Positions 44,949 through 54,211 of a stretch of 64,000 nucleotides of DNA are shown here, in pieces. Source of the stretch: a virus; the IMG/VR virus record IMGVR_UViG_3300013723_000002. One strand, given 5' to 3'. The first letter of the stretch is position 1. Every line of letters begins with the position of its first letter. A program made the translations under genes and the position numbers. The notes below the pieces were generated by a model that had not been told where the DNA came from, ran no database searches, and worked only from the letters and a program-made list of their open reading frames with translations.

Positions 44949-45272
44949 TTAAGAAGGGTCGTGAGTTTTAAGGGCCAGCTCTATATGCTTGATACGTTCC
45001 AATAGCGCTGGTGTTGGAGAATCAGCAGCCAAAGTACGATAGTAATGAAGCAGGGCACCTAAAAGATTTTCACTTTTAATGCCGTCATTATCTATCTGTA
45101 TAGATTGCTGACTTCCATCTTCTGATAAAAACTCGTAACTACCTGGGCTTACATAAATATGCTGTCCCTCCTGAACGCCGGTCACATTTACATAAACTTT
45201 TTGATTATCCCTTTCAAATATCTTTAGTCCTCTTACGTGTTCTGCTGTTTGTACATACACATCGAATGGCAT
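44949..45272 (-). CDS. hypothetical protein (107 aa)
   Basis: Isolated ORF with its own terminator. Confidence 0.5.
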   Translation of the reverse strand: MPFDVYVQTAEHVRGLKIFERDNQKVYVNVTGVQEGQHIYVSPGSYEFLSEDGSQQSIQIDNDGIKSENLLGALLHYYRTLAADSPTPALLERIKHIELALKTHDPS

Positions 45273-45443
45273 AAAACTACCCTACTTTTTTCTTAAATTA
45301 ACGGCGCTTTCAAGGACTTTTTTCGCTGCAGCCGCACCGTTTTAGCTCACGGATAATACAGTGCTAAACTGTCCTTTTCACGCAAAATTTGGTTACATGA
45401 AGCTAACATACGCATAAATAATTGAAACATATTGACCTATTTT

Positions 45444-46322
45444 TTAGTCGTTAATCTCCTCAACTTCGTCCAGGTCATCCAGGTCCTGATTCTGTTCAAT
45501 TTCCATTTCTTCCAATGCTATACGGCGCTTCATTTCTTCTTCTACCTCAGCTTCAAACGTGCCGCTATTGATGTACTGTGTACGTTCTGTCATTGCCTTG
45601 TACTGTTCGCTCAAGCCAAGACGTGCCTGATCGAAAACAGTGTCATCGTTTAGCTTGCTCATGCGTGTTGATGTGACAGCTTCTTTCGTGTCATCCGGAG
45701 TAATGCCAAATAGGGCAATATCCATTTTCATTAATTTCAACGCCGTGTTAGATAGGCTATCTACATGGCTCACAATATCGGCCACCATCCTGTATTTACG
45801 GTGTGCTATTTCTTGCTCTTCACTTGTTAAATCAATTCTAAATGCGGCTTCTTTACTTTCGTATAGCCACTCCATTGTTTCCTCTGTCAGCTGGCCAATA
45901 CGTCCAGCTCTACGCCGATGCTCCTGGATCACACCCGCCGTAGTTCTATTTTTATAGGCAATGTCATTTATAGCGGAGATATGTGGGTTGGATACATCCG
46001 AAAAGACTATAAGTTTACCGTATTGATCCATTTCGCCAATAACATTATCCGCCTGATATTTTTCATATTCTTTTTTTAATTCTTCAAAAAGCTCTCTTTG
46101 GGTTTTCTGCAAATTTCTATCGCTATTTCTGCAATATGCGCGTTTATTCTTAATCCATTTTTCTGATTTAGCTTTTTTTGCTACATAAGCGGGTGACGGC
46201 GTTTCTTGGCCAAGCAGTTGAGAAACAAGTTCACATAGATCCGCGTATGAAATTTTGTCATAAGCCTCCCAAAATTTACGCAAGAACCACCAAATTATGG
46301 GATCAAAACTTTTACCACTCAT
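45444..46322 (-). CDS. hypothetical DNA-binding or regulatory protein (292 aa), possible terminase small subunit-like
   Basis: Basic N-terminal HTH-like part, coiled-coil centre and acidic tail. Coupled (4-nt overlap) to the upstream XRE-type gene. Confidence 0.35.
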   Translation of the reverse strand: MSGKSFDPIIWWFLRKFWEAYDKISYADLCELVSQLLGQETPSPAYVAKKAKSEKWIKNKRAYCRNSDRNLQKTQRELFEELKKEYEKYQADNVIGEMDQYGKLIVFSDVSNPHISAINDIAYKNRTTAGVIQEHRRRAGRIGQLTEETMEWLYESKEAAFRIDLTSEEQEIAHRKYRMVADIVSHVDSLSNTALKLMKMDIALFGITPDDTKEAVTSTRMSKLNDDTVFDQARLGLSEQYKAMTERTQYINSGTFEAEVEEEMKRRIALEEMEIEQNQDLDDLDEVEEIND

Positions 46323-47005
46323 ATATCTGCTTGGTCCTCTTCTAAAAATGGAGTATGCGGAATTTGTTGACCCTTCTCAGCGCGTATATCCGTGGCATAT
46401 TTCACTGTTATCTCTCTATCCATACGCTCAATATGGTCAAAGATATTTAATTCCATAATCCGGTTATGTCTGGCAACAGAAGTAGACAGCTGACGGCTAT
46501 TTTCATCAAGTGCGGTGATGGCCTCTTTTAAATCGTCACTTGTAGAGCTATGAAAAACCATATCGTTCTGATTTTCCCTAAAACGCTTAATCACCTCCAA
46601 GGCTGCATCTAATAAGAGTGTTGCCTGCATTTTAGGCATAACAGACACCTGTTTAGCCAACGTGTGGCCAATACGTTCAACAATTTCAAGTGCAGTTTCC
46701 CGTAGACCCTGAACAACAATACCGGCGCGTGAACATTCCAGATCTCTTTCTATGTCATTAGACATACCAAAGATAAAATCTAAACTTACGCCATATAAGA
46801 TAGAAAATTTTAGTAGCTGGTAGACCGTAGGCATACGTGCCCCAGTTTCTATTTCGCTTAGACGGCTTTTTTTGTTTCTATCTCCCCAGATCTCCTGGCA
46901 GACCTCTTGCATTGACATACGGGCGACTCTTTGCCGCGCACTCTTCAAGTTAAGTCCTATTACTCGCTGTAGCTGAAGTTCTGTATATTCTCTATTGCTT
47001 TCCAT
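46319..47005 (-). CDS. XRE-family HTH transcriptional regulator (228 aa)
   Basis: NLKSARQRVARMSMQEVCQEIWG...RLSEIETGARMPTVYQLLKFSILYGVSLDFIF is a typical Cro/C1-type HTH. Confidence 0.6.
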   Translation of the reverse strand: MESNREYTELQLQRVIGLNLKSARQRVARMSMQEVCQEIWGDRNKKSRLSEIETGARMPTVYQLLKFSILYGVSLDFIFGMSNDIERDLECSRAGIVVQGLRETALEIVERIGHTLAKQVSVMPKMQATLLLDAALEVIKRFRENQNDMVFHSSTSDDLKEAITALDENSRQLSTSVARHNRIMELNIFDHIERMDREITVKYATDIRAEKGQQIPHTPFLEEDQADI

Positions 47006-47083
47006 ACATACCTACAAATAAAACACTTAAAAGCATTTACGCTTTTACTCTTAAAAGTATCAGCGTAAATACATTTTTACTCT

Positions 47084-47509
47084 TTAACGGCGATTAAGAT
47101 AGGATTTTATGACGTTCATCACACCGATTGCGCTATAACACGTTTGAATGCGATAGCCATTTCTAGCAAGTGCAAAATGGTGAGGCAAGGTTACTGATTT
47201 TATACTTTCTCCCTTGGCCATTAAATCAATATGCAAACCATTAAAAGGTTCACTTCTTAAATTTAATCTTACATTTGCCATGTTTGAATCATGGCTAAAC
47301 TCTAAATGATTTAATAAATGTTTCCCCTGGTGACGCTCAGCCTTAGCCCAGGCATGTACTAAATTTTGCTCATGATTCAAGTTAAATTTAGCTGTTGATC
47401 TCACTGGCTGTTTTTTAGTCTTACTTAGGCTAATAGCCTGCTTTTCCCCTGATTGCTTTTTCCCAGGATCTTTGTTTATCTCAGCAGGTTTATTTTTACG
47501 GCGGCTCAT
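47084..47509 (-). CDS. hypothetical protein with a basic N-terminus (141 aa)
   Basis: ORF; GTAAA-repeat module downstream. Confidence 0.5.
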   Translation of the reverse strand: MSRRKNKPAEINKDPGKKQSGEKQAISLSKTKKQPVRSTAKFNLNHEQNLVHAWAKAERHQGKHLLNHLEFSHDSNMANVRLNLRSEPFNGLHIDLMAKGESIKSVTLPHHFALARNGYRIQTCYSAIGVMNVIKSYLNRR

Positions 47510-47511
47510 AC

Positions 47512-47757
47512 TTATGACTCTAAGGCTGTATTCTTAACATGGGCTTTTGCAGCATGTATAGCATCATCTTCCAAGCTACTTACACGATCCTCCAACTGCA
47601 CTAAAACACGGCCTTCTAATACTTTAATACGTTCATCATTTTTAACATTCTGACGGCGCTGATTTGAATAGAGCACCAATAGCAAAACACTGATGACCAG
47701 GCTTAAAAAAAGTAGCCCAATGAAAATTACCAATGTATTTAAATCTTCAACCTGCAT
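47512..47757 (-). CDS. small single-pass membrane protein (81 aa)
   Basis: TM segment LVIFIGLLFLSLVISVLLLVLY followed by a coiled coil. Confidence 0.5.
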   Translation of the reverse strand: MQVEDLNTLVIFIGLLFLSLVISVLLLVLYSNQRRQNVKNDERIKVLEGRVLVQLEDRVSSLEDDAIHAAKAHVKNTALES

Positions 47758-47806
47758 TTAAATATCCCCTAAAGTTGAAACCCGATTGTAGGCCAGATAA
47801 AAAAAC

Positions 47807-48232
47807 TCATGTTGCTAGTACGTCCACTTTATTTTTTGTGGCCAAACTAACGCGCTTTTTAATATGCTCTAGCAAGACTAATTTCTTCAGCTGATTAGGC
47901 TCATAAATCTTTAATGAGCCCCTATCGTGAATTTCATAGAATTGGCCTCTATCTTCAGTAATGTATTTACCATTATGTAGGCTGAAAAAAAGGGCCGGAG
48001 CTGGTGCCTGGTTCAAGATCTCGACAAGCCTTGCAATATCTATTTCTTCTATACGGCGCTGGCTATCCAGTTCACGTAAAAAGTTCAATGCCACATAACC
48101 AGGTGCATTACCTGATCCCATATTTACAAAGCAATCTTGTTCAATATTCCAATGGGTACTGCATAATGGCGAGCGACTTAATACATGACGGCTCATAATT
48201 TTCAGTTCGTTTATAAGTTCTATAAAATCCAT
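47807..48232 (-). CDS. hypothetical early protein (141 aa)
   Basis: ORF preceded by a GTAAAAGAGTAAATACG module. Confidence 0.5.
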   Translation of the reverse strand: MDFIELINELKIMSRHVLSRSPLCSTHWNIEQDCFVNMGSGNAPGYVALNFLRELDSQRRIEEIDIARLVEILNQAPAPALFFSLHNGKYITEDRGQFYEIHDRGSLKIYEPNQLKKLVLLEHIKKRVSLATKNKVDVLAT

Positions 48233-48304
48233 GGTTACCTCTTTTTCTCTTTTACTATTAAGCGTATTTACTCTTTTACTTTAAAAAGCAAATACGCTTT
48301 TGCA

Positions 48305-48568
48305 CTATTCAATTAACTTCTTTAAATCGCTTAACTTAATAAATCTATCTGTCATGTCATCTAGCTCACTGTTATAGCGGGTAGCAGTTTGCCAAGTGTC
48401 AGCTGTTACATGCAGCCGCGCATTATTACGGCGGCCCTGGGTAAAGTATTTGTCTATGCCAAAGTGCCAATAAATTTCTTTGGCTATCGCATCTGGACAA
48501 GCTGGTGCATTCTTAATGATGAATTTAGCCTGCTTAACCGTTATTTTTAAACTCTCTAAAGTTTGCAT
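48305..48568 (-). CDS. hypothetical early protein (87 aa)
   Basis: Start abuts the upstream stop. Confidence 0.5.
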   Translation of the reverse strand: MQTLESLKITVKQAKFIIKNAPACPDAIAKEIYWHFGIDKYFTQGRRNNARLHVTADTWQTATRYNSELDDMTDRFIKLSDLKKLIE

Positions 48569-48750
48569 TAGGCTGATTTTCCTTTTTTAAGGTTGGTATA
48601 GCGTTTATTGCGAATAGCTTTACAGTTCACACATTCCAGCTTATTCACATAATGCAATTGATCCGGGCCACACTTTTTACAGGTCGCTTTAAACTGGGTT
48701 TTATTTTCAGCTACAGCTTCTAGTGCTAACTGGGTTTTGGTTTTAGACAT
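48568..48750 (-). CDS. zinc-ribbon protein (60 aa)
   Basis: CKKCGPDQ...CVNCKA is a CxxC...CxxC pattern with a basic tail. Confidence 0.5.
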   Translation of the reverse strand: MSKTKTQLALEAVAENKTQFKATCKKCGPDQLHYVNKLECVNCKAIRNKRYTNLKKGKSA

Positions 48751-49156
48751 TTTTAACTGCTCTCAATACAACATTTACTTCATCCGCATACAGCGCCAAG
48801 GCTTCAAGTTCAGGCTGAATATCCTTTAACCAGATCTGGTTAGCCTGCACAATGGCATCAGTCGCGAATACTGGACTGTTAAACTTAAAATTCATTACAT
48901 GCGGGGTAGGGCTTCTTACTTGATCCAACGTTTTAGCTTGTGTGGTGATAGTCACGCTCCAAGGTAATGGCTTATTACGGCCACGGCTTAGTAGTAGCTC
49001 TACACCGTTGCCTTTATAAAAACGTCTATAAGCCGCCTGGTTCGTGCTATATGAAAACTCGCTGCTACCCACATACTTGATAAACTTTTGCACTTCCAGC
49101 AGTTCATAACTAATCGTGATTAGCTTTCTTTGGGGCTTTGACACTTTACGCTTCAT
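48743..49156 (-). CDS. hypothetical early protein (137 aa)
   Basis: Overlapping operon member. Confidence 0.5.
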   Translation of the reverse strand: MKRKVSKPQRKLITISYELLEVQKFIKYVGSSEFSYSTNQAAYRRFYKGNGVELLLSRGRNKPLPWSVTITTQAKTLDQVRSPTPHVMNFKFNSPVFATDAIVQANQIWLKDIQPELEALALYADEVNVVLRAVKNV

Positions 49157-49757
49157 AAAGATCAGATCTCGATAAAGTTATCTGGCCATTTACTGTGGTG
49201 ACTGTGACTACACTTTCGGTACGGGCTGCAATCTGGGCACACATCAAACATAAAATATGGTAATCCTTAACGCCCACTCGATAAGAAAAAGCATTCAGGC
49301 TGATTTGTCTGGTATTACGCAGACAATCATTTAAACGGCGGAGTAAGTGACCAGGCACTTTGTTATAAGGATTTAACTTATAGGCAATGCAATTACCAAT
49401 AGGGCAATATTCCCATGATAATAATTTTTCATTAATCAGATCCTGGATAACTTTTTGACGCAGTTCAGCAGGAATACTAAAAATACTGGCCAGCTCTCGC
49501 ATGTAACGCGGTCCCTCTACAAACGCCTCTAGCAGATAACGGCGGGCCATATCTTCATCAATCATTATGGAATATTCACCCTTTATTTGCTTGTACGCTT
49601 CATGGATCTGTGGCAATCGAATTAAGTAGGGCGTTAAAACTTCAAACATGATTCTCGGTAATCGTCCATCGAGCGCCATGTGCCAGCAAGACTCTAATTC
49701 TGTTTTATCCAGGGAAAAGTGTTCACGAAGTAATGAGGCGAAGAGCATTTTTGACAT
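49146..49757 (-). CDS. hypothetical early protein (203 aa)
   Basis: Overlapping operon member. Confidence 0.5.
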   Translation of the reverse strand: MSKMLFASLLREHFSLDKTELESCWHMALDGRLPRIMFEVLTPYLIRLPQIHEAYKQIKGEYSIMIDEDMARRYLLEAFVEGPRYMRELASIFSIPAELRQKVIQDLINEKLLSWEYCPIGNCIAYKLNPYNKVPGHLLRRLNDCLRNTRQISLNAFSYRVGVKDYHILCLMCAQIAARTESVVTVTTVNGQITLSRSDLYEA

Positions 49758-49759
49758 TT

Positions 49760-49942
49760 CTATTTAACCAGTTTTAGTGCGTTATAGATTTTCTCAACCT
49801 GACTTTGAGTGATAGCGGTATGACCAAGGCACATACTGACCAATTCATCAGGATTAAATCCGGTGGCGCTTATTAAGTATGCTGCATCAAAAGTTAGCAG
49901 CGTTCTAACAAGAAACTCTCGGCGGTATAACTGATCCATCAT
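49760..49942 (-). CDS. hypothetical small protein (60 aa)
   Basis: Abuts the stop of the Cro-like gene. Confidence 0.4.
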   Translation of the reverse strand: MMDQLYRREFLVRTLLTFDAAYLISATGFNPDELVSMCLGHTAITQSQVEKIYNALKLVK

Positions 49943-50346
49943 TAAGCGCTGGCCAAATGTGGAAAGTCAGAAGGATGAAAGTGCCCGCGTGTAACTTCTT
50001 CCAGGCGTTCGGCTTTTTCTAATGAAATTTCAGATTTTTTAAATAGCCATCCATTAACTGAAGGCTGAGAAATTTCTAGCGCTTGGGCGGTATTACTTTG
50101 ACTGCCAAAATAGGCAATGACCTTTAAATAAATCGGATCGCAAGCAATTTCCTTATTGGCCAGATCCTTTACTGAATATTCAGGACGTTCAGCGGCGATA
50201 CAGATTGCCTGGGTAATCCCCATATCTTTACCACTTAGCCACTTATAGACCGTGCTTACATTCCAGCCGAAGTTATAAGCCATCAATACTGGCCCATTAA
50301 ATGAGTCAATCAGATCCTTATAAAGCTCTAATTTGTTTTGTTCCAT
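49942..50346 (-). CDS. cro: Cro/YdaS-like HTH regulator (134 aa)
   Basis: QALEISQPSVNGWLFKK...LEKAERLEEVTRGHFHPSDF is a YdaS/Cro-type motif. Divergent from the CI-like gene. Confidence 0.6.
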   Translation of the reverse strand: MEQNKLELYKDLIDSFNGPVLMAYNFGWNVSTVYKWLSGKDMGITQAICIAAERPEYSVKDLANKEIACDPIYLKVIAYFGSQSNTAQALEISQPSVNGWLFKKSEISLEKAERLEEVTRGHFHPSDFPHLASA

Positions 50347-50358
50347 TGGGAGGTTATA

Positions 50359-50408
50359 CCTATAAATAAAAATTGACTTTCTATAGGCTTGCCTATAGTT
50401 TTATAGTT
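50359..50408. promoter_or_regulatory. operator cluster in the cI/cro intergenic region
   Basis: CCTATAAATAAAAATTGACTTTCTATAGG plus GCTTGCCTATAGTTTTATAGTT. The latter nearly matches GCTTGCCTATAATTTTATAGTC at 42186. A TTGACT -35-like hexamer lies within. Confidence 0.55.
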
Positions 50409-50563
50409 TAATTATAGTTATAGTTTTGTAATACACAAGTCGCATAACTTATAAATTTAATGTTTTTGGCTATAAAATGACTATAATTAATAAGGAGTAA
50501 TTACTCTTCAAATGCCGTGCAATAAGCCGTCTTTTAGAATTTATTAAAATAGGTAATTGTTTA

Positions 50564-51226
50564 ATGTTCCGCACATACCCGCCTTTGGCCTCATTAAAGG
50601 AAAGATTATCTTTTCTTTTTGAAAATGATCCGCGCTCACAATCTGTAATTGCGAAGCAAGCTGGAATTAGTCAACCATCATTTAGCGACTTATTAACCGG
50701 TAGAACGTCTACGTCTAAACACTTAGAAAAGATTGCTGAGGCTTTTGATGCAGATTATCAATGGGTACTTACTGGCATTCCTTCTGAGGATGCTGTGAGC
50801 GTACCCGTGGTAAATGTTCCTCTACTTGAAAACTATAAGGATTATTTAAATACACGTGCAAAAAATAAGACTCTTCCAGCGTCTGAAACTGCACCGCTTG
50901 ATATTAAAGCCTTTACACGGCGTAAGGTTGACATTGCTGGCGCTCGATATGTACCTATGCCAGACACAGGTATGGAGCCTCAGATCAGTGAGAATGCCAT
51001 GGTGTTTTTTGATAGTTCTAAACAGCTCATTGAAGATAAAACAACGTATGTAATGAATCACGGCGGTATATTGTTAGTACGCCAGCTGTTTAACCTGCCA
51101 ATGGGCGGCGTTCGTATTAACGCTTTTAATTCAGATTTTGACGATATAAATTTGTCGTATGAAGAAATTGAGAAACAGGCCTTTTCTGTCATCGGTAAAG
51201 TTTTTGCTGTAGTTAATTTTTACTAA
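50564..51226 (+). CDS. cI: CI-like repressor (XRE HTH plus S24 peptidase-like C-domain)
   Basis: N-terminal QSVIAKQAGISQPSFSDLLTGRTS HTH. The C-terminal LexA/CI-like fold has DTGMEP where GDSMEP is expected. Confidence 0.65.
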   Translation: MFRTYPPLASLKERLSFLFENDPRSQSVIAKQAGISQPSFSDLLTGRTSTSKHLEKIAEAFDADYQWVLTGIPSEDAVSVPVVNVPLLENYKDYLNTRAKNKTLPASETAPLDIKAFTRRKVDIAGARYVPMPDTGMEPQISENAMVFFDSSKQLIEDKTTYVMNHGGILLVRQLFNLPMGGVRINAFNSDFDDINLSYEEIEKQAFSVIGKVFAVVNFY

Positions 51227-51251
51227 ATTACCTTATCGTTAAGGTTATCTT

Positions 51252-51285
51252 AAAAGCCCTAATACCAATAGGGCTTTCTTTTTAT
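51252..51285 (+). terminator. terminator after the CI-like gene
   Basis: AAAAGCCCTA-ATACCAA-TAGGGCTTT hairpin followed by CTTTTTAT. Confidence 0.6.
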
Positions 51286-51326
51286 CTGATGTATTTATAT
51301 TTAAATTAGTAAAAAATTTATATTTA

Positions 51327-52066
51327 TTAAGGCTCTAGACTAGCAGATTTACACTTAATTTTACCTAATGAGGTTCCACAGCTCAGTTGCTAACTCATTA
51401 GGTTCCCTCATCCAACGCCATTCAGTTTCTTTAAGATGATAATCAAAGTACTCTTTTGATATGCCGTTAAACTTTGCTAGCCTTCTTTTACAAAAGCTCC
51501 AAAATGATTCTATTCCATTTATATGACATTCTCCTCTAGCAAACTCATTTGCTCCGTGATTTACCCTAAAATGCTTTGAATAACCCACATCAACAAGACC
51601 ATTATAGCCACGCCATCCATCACTATAAATCACACTCTCAAGTGAAACTTTACCAATGATAACCTCTTGTAAAGTCTTCATTTTACAGTCAGGTACGATT
51701 TCAGTATAGACGCGCCCATTACGTTCGAATATTCCAAATACTGGCTGTTTTAGAGTCCCACGACCACGCTTTAACTTTCCATGAAACCCACGTTGCCTTT
51801 TCGCTCCAAAATAGCTTTCATCTACTTCTATTGAACCAACAAACTTAGCTCTTAAATCTGTTTGATGATCATAGATAGTTTCTCTAAAAAGCATGTACCA
51901 ATAGTTAATCGTATTACGATTTAAATTGAGTAATAAGGCTGTTTTGGAAGCAGGAATATCAACACAAAAGCATTGAATAATTTTTTTAATCTTGTAGTGA
52001 CTTAATTTACTGTTTTCTATCATGATTCTAGACTAACATAATCATTTTGCTAGTCTAGAGCCTTAT
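51327..52066 (-). mobile_element. IS1595-family insertion sequence (~740 bp)
   Basis: Perfect 19-bp terminal inverted repeats TTAAGGCTCTAGACTAGCA. TTATTAA is present on both flanks; the exact ends are ambiguous by 4 nt. Confidence 0.75.
51361..52023 (-). CDS. tnp: IS1595-family DDE transposase (220 aa)
   Basis: EVDESYFG...GRGT..KQPVFGI.ER.GRVY...SDGWRGY...H.INGIESFWSF.KRRL motifs. Confidence 0.8.
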   Translation of the reverse strand: MIENSKLSHYKIKKIIQCFCVDIPASKTALLLNLNRNTINYWYMLFRETIYDHQTDLRAKFVGSIEVDESYFGAKRQRGFHGKLKRGRGTLKQPVFGIFERNGRVYTEIVPDCKMKTLQEVIIGKVSLESVIYSDGWRGYNGLVDVGYSKHFRVNHGANEFARGECHINGIESFWSFCKRRLAKFNGISKEYFDYHLKETEWRWMREPNELATELWNLIR

Positions 52067-52224
52067 TAATAATTTTACTTAGAGTCTAATCATTAATATC
52101 TAACCCATTAACATTACTCATTGTTTTTATTATCTATTTTTCTTACATAATCTTAATATTTCATTAATGTTTCACTTATATAAATAGATTTATATTTTTT
52201 TTACCCATTCCTGCAATAGCCTTA

Positions 52225-52306
52225 CCTATAAAATTATAGGCAATTTTGACTATCTCGTATTGCATACGCTTATTTTTGCCTATAATATTATAGCCACATT
52301 ATAGGC
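52225..52306 (+). promoter_or_regulatory. operator palindromes overlapping the promoter of the rightward operon
   Basis: CCTATAAAATTATAGG (52225-52240), GCCTATAATATTATAGCC (52278-52295) and half-site TTATAGGCA. TTGACT/TTGCAT and TATAAT-like hexamers are interleaved. Confidence 0.5.
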
Positions 52307-52322
52307 AAAAAGAGTTTTAAGC

Positions 52323-52523
52323 ATGAAGATTGTTATTAATACTAATCAAGCAGCTGAAGTAAGCACAGATCTATTCTTTTTAGCTCTACGTTTCCTTGGC
52401 TATCTTTTCATTATCGTACTTGTCGCCTTTCTGTTTGTCAGTCTGGTCTTAGGTATGAAAGAATTTTTTGTACGTGCTGATGTATTTCTGGATACCCTAA
52501 AACTACTTAACGCTTCTTCTTAA
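52323..52523 (+). CDS. small membrane protein (66 aa)
   Basis: TM segment LFFLALRFLGYLFIIVLVAFLFVSLVLG. Confidence 0.45.
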   Translation: MKIVINTNQAAEVSTDLFFLALRFLGYLFIIVLVAFLFVSLVLGMKEFFVRADVFLDTLKLLNASS

Positions 52524-52627
52524 AAGCGTAAAAGAGTAAATACGTTTAAGCTTAAAAGAGTAAAAGTGTAAAAGCACAAGTTATATAAGAGTGGGTATAT
52601 CGCCCACAATATTGGAGAAAAGCAATA

Positions 52628-53452
52628 ATGACTCAAGCAGCAAACATTAAACAGTTCCCCCGTAATCAACAACAGGTAGAACAATCACAACCTATGGCAC
52701 AAATTGGCCAGGTTTATCAGTGTAAAGCAAATATGCAAAGTGAAATTTCACAAGGCGGGCTAGGGAAGTGCCAAGAAGCTATAGATTGGAAAGGTGATGT
52801 ACTTTATAAATTTCGGGGTATTGATGATATTCAAAATCTGCTAGCGCCTCTACTCAGCAAGCATAACCTTGATATAACCCCAATATGTCGAGAAATGATC
52901 TTAAAAGAACAAGTAGTGAAAGATAAACTTTTGTTCGCTTGTACAGTTAAGGTGGATTATATCTTTACTTGTACAACTGATGGATCTCAGCTGATCGCGA
53001 CCATGTATGGCCAAGCTAACGACTATGGTGATAAAGCAATATCTAAGGCTATGTCGATGGCTTACAAATACATGGCTATTCAGGCCCTTTGTATTCCAGT
53101 ACAAGGTGAAGATCCAGATGCTTTCGTACATGAGCCAATTAACCCGAATCAGCGCCAAGTAATAAATCATTCAAACAACCACGCCCAGCAGCACCAGAAT
53201 GGCCAGCAAAGCCGTAATAACGCCCAGCAGCACCAGAATGGCCAGCAAAGCCGTAATAACGCCCAACAGCACCAGAATGGCCAGCAGCAGCCGGCTACGA
53301 TTAATAAACAGCAAGAGCAGCAACTATTGGAACTGATGCACAAAAGCAACTACGACCCTAATCGTCTGCTTCAAAAGTACCAGTTAAACAATTTAAGCCA
53401 GATCACAGTACGAGCATTCAACGAGCTATGTACACGCTTGGCAAATTTCTAA
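52628..53452 (+). CDS. erf: ERF-family single-strand annealing recombinase
   Basis: YKFRGIDDIQNLLAPLLSKHNL and GDKAISKAMSMAYKYMAIQALCIPVQGEDPD resemble the P22 Erf core. Q/N-rich repeat tail. Confidence 0.7.
   Translation: MTQAANIKQFPRNQQQVEQSQPMAQIGQVYQCKANMQSEISQGGLGKCQEAIDWKGDVLYKFRGIDDIQNLLAPLLSKHNLDITPICREMILKEQVVKDKLLFACTVKVDYIFTCTTDGSQLIATMYGQANDYGDKAISKAMSMAYKYMAIQALCIPVQGEDPDAFVHEPINPNQRQVINHSNNHAQQHQNGQQSRNNAQQHQNGQQSRNNAQQHQNGQQQPATINKQQEQQLLELMHKSNYDPNRLLQKYQLNNLSQITVRAFNELCTRLANF
53174..53290 (+). repeat. 39-bp tandem repeat, about 3 copies, encoding NNAQQHQNGQQSR
   Basis: Direct reading: aacgcccagcagcaccagaatggccagcaaagccgtaat repeated. Confidence 0.85.
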
Positions 53453-53712
53453 ACATTGCTTAGTTATGCAGGCAGCCTAATGGTTGCCTTTTTATTGGTG
53501 AACTATAAATTTTGTACAGCAGGTCTGAATCTAAGATTAATGCTTGTTGACTGTAACGGGTATCTCTATGCCAAATGATTACACAAGAATCGAAAATGAT
53601 GGCACTTACTGGAAAGAAGTTAATGGCCAATGGTTTTACTGGCGTGAAATTTGGGGCTGGTGTCCGTATGTTGGATCTTTAAATCAAAACTTTTTCAATA
53701 AATTTAAATAAG

Positions 53713-53740
53713 AAAAGGCCCTATATCTAGGGCCTTTTTT
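53713..53740. terminator. bidirectional terminator
   Basis: AAAAGGCCCTA-TATC-TAGGGCCTTTTTT. Confidence 0.7.
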
Positions 53741-53759
53741 ATACCTGTTAGTAAGATGA

Positions 53760-54176
53760 TTACTTCAGGACTTCAATACGCTTCACGAAACATAAAACTT
53801 CAGTAAAGTGATGAATCGAATGTTGTGTATAAAGCTCGTCACAAGTTACACGGATCTTACTGTTGAGTTTTATCTTCTTCAGATCATTATAAGATCCAGC
53901 GACTAGCTGGATATAACGCTGATTCTTGTAGAGTTGATAGCCGTCATCCATTTCATTAGGCAGGTTAAAGGTTTTCGGCTGATCTAACTGAATGGCTCTA
54001 TATTGAATAGGTTTACCCTGGTTAATCATATCTATAATTTCAGGATCATTTTCAGATCTTAGAATCATTTTTCCATTTAGAGTAGTCGCGGCACTTGCAA
54101 TGGTAGACCAGATACACATTGCAACAACCAGACCGATTCTAAATTTATCCCCTATATTTCTAATATATTTATTCAT
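53760..54176 (-). CDS. secreted protein of unknown function (138 aa)
   Basis: Signal peptide IGLVVAMCIWSTIASAAT. Confidence 0.5.
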   Translation of the reverse strand: MNKYIRNIGDKFRIGLVVAMCIWSTIASAATTLNGKMILRSENDPEIIDMINQGKPIQYRAIQLDQPKTFNLPNEMDDGYQLYKNQRYIQLVAGSYNDLKKIKLNSKIRVTCDELYTQHSIHHFTEVLCFVKRIEVLK

Positions 54177-54211
54177 ACATACGCCTTACTTATTAAAAAA
54201 AATTACCAGGC

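Noticed and set aside
53167-53349. Cys/Trp-rich 60-aa antisense ORF over the erf tandem repeat.
   Set aside because: It is a repeat-generated open frame antisense to a well-supported gene.
53568-53711. 47-codon Trp-rich ORF (MPNDYTRIENDGTYWKEVNGQWFYWREIWGWCPYVGSL...) after erf.
   Set aside because: It is too short, with no convincing SD or promoter. It could be real because it is followed by the bidirectional terminator, but I cannot support it from sequence alone.
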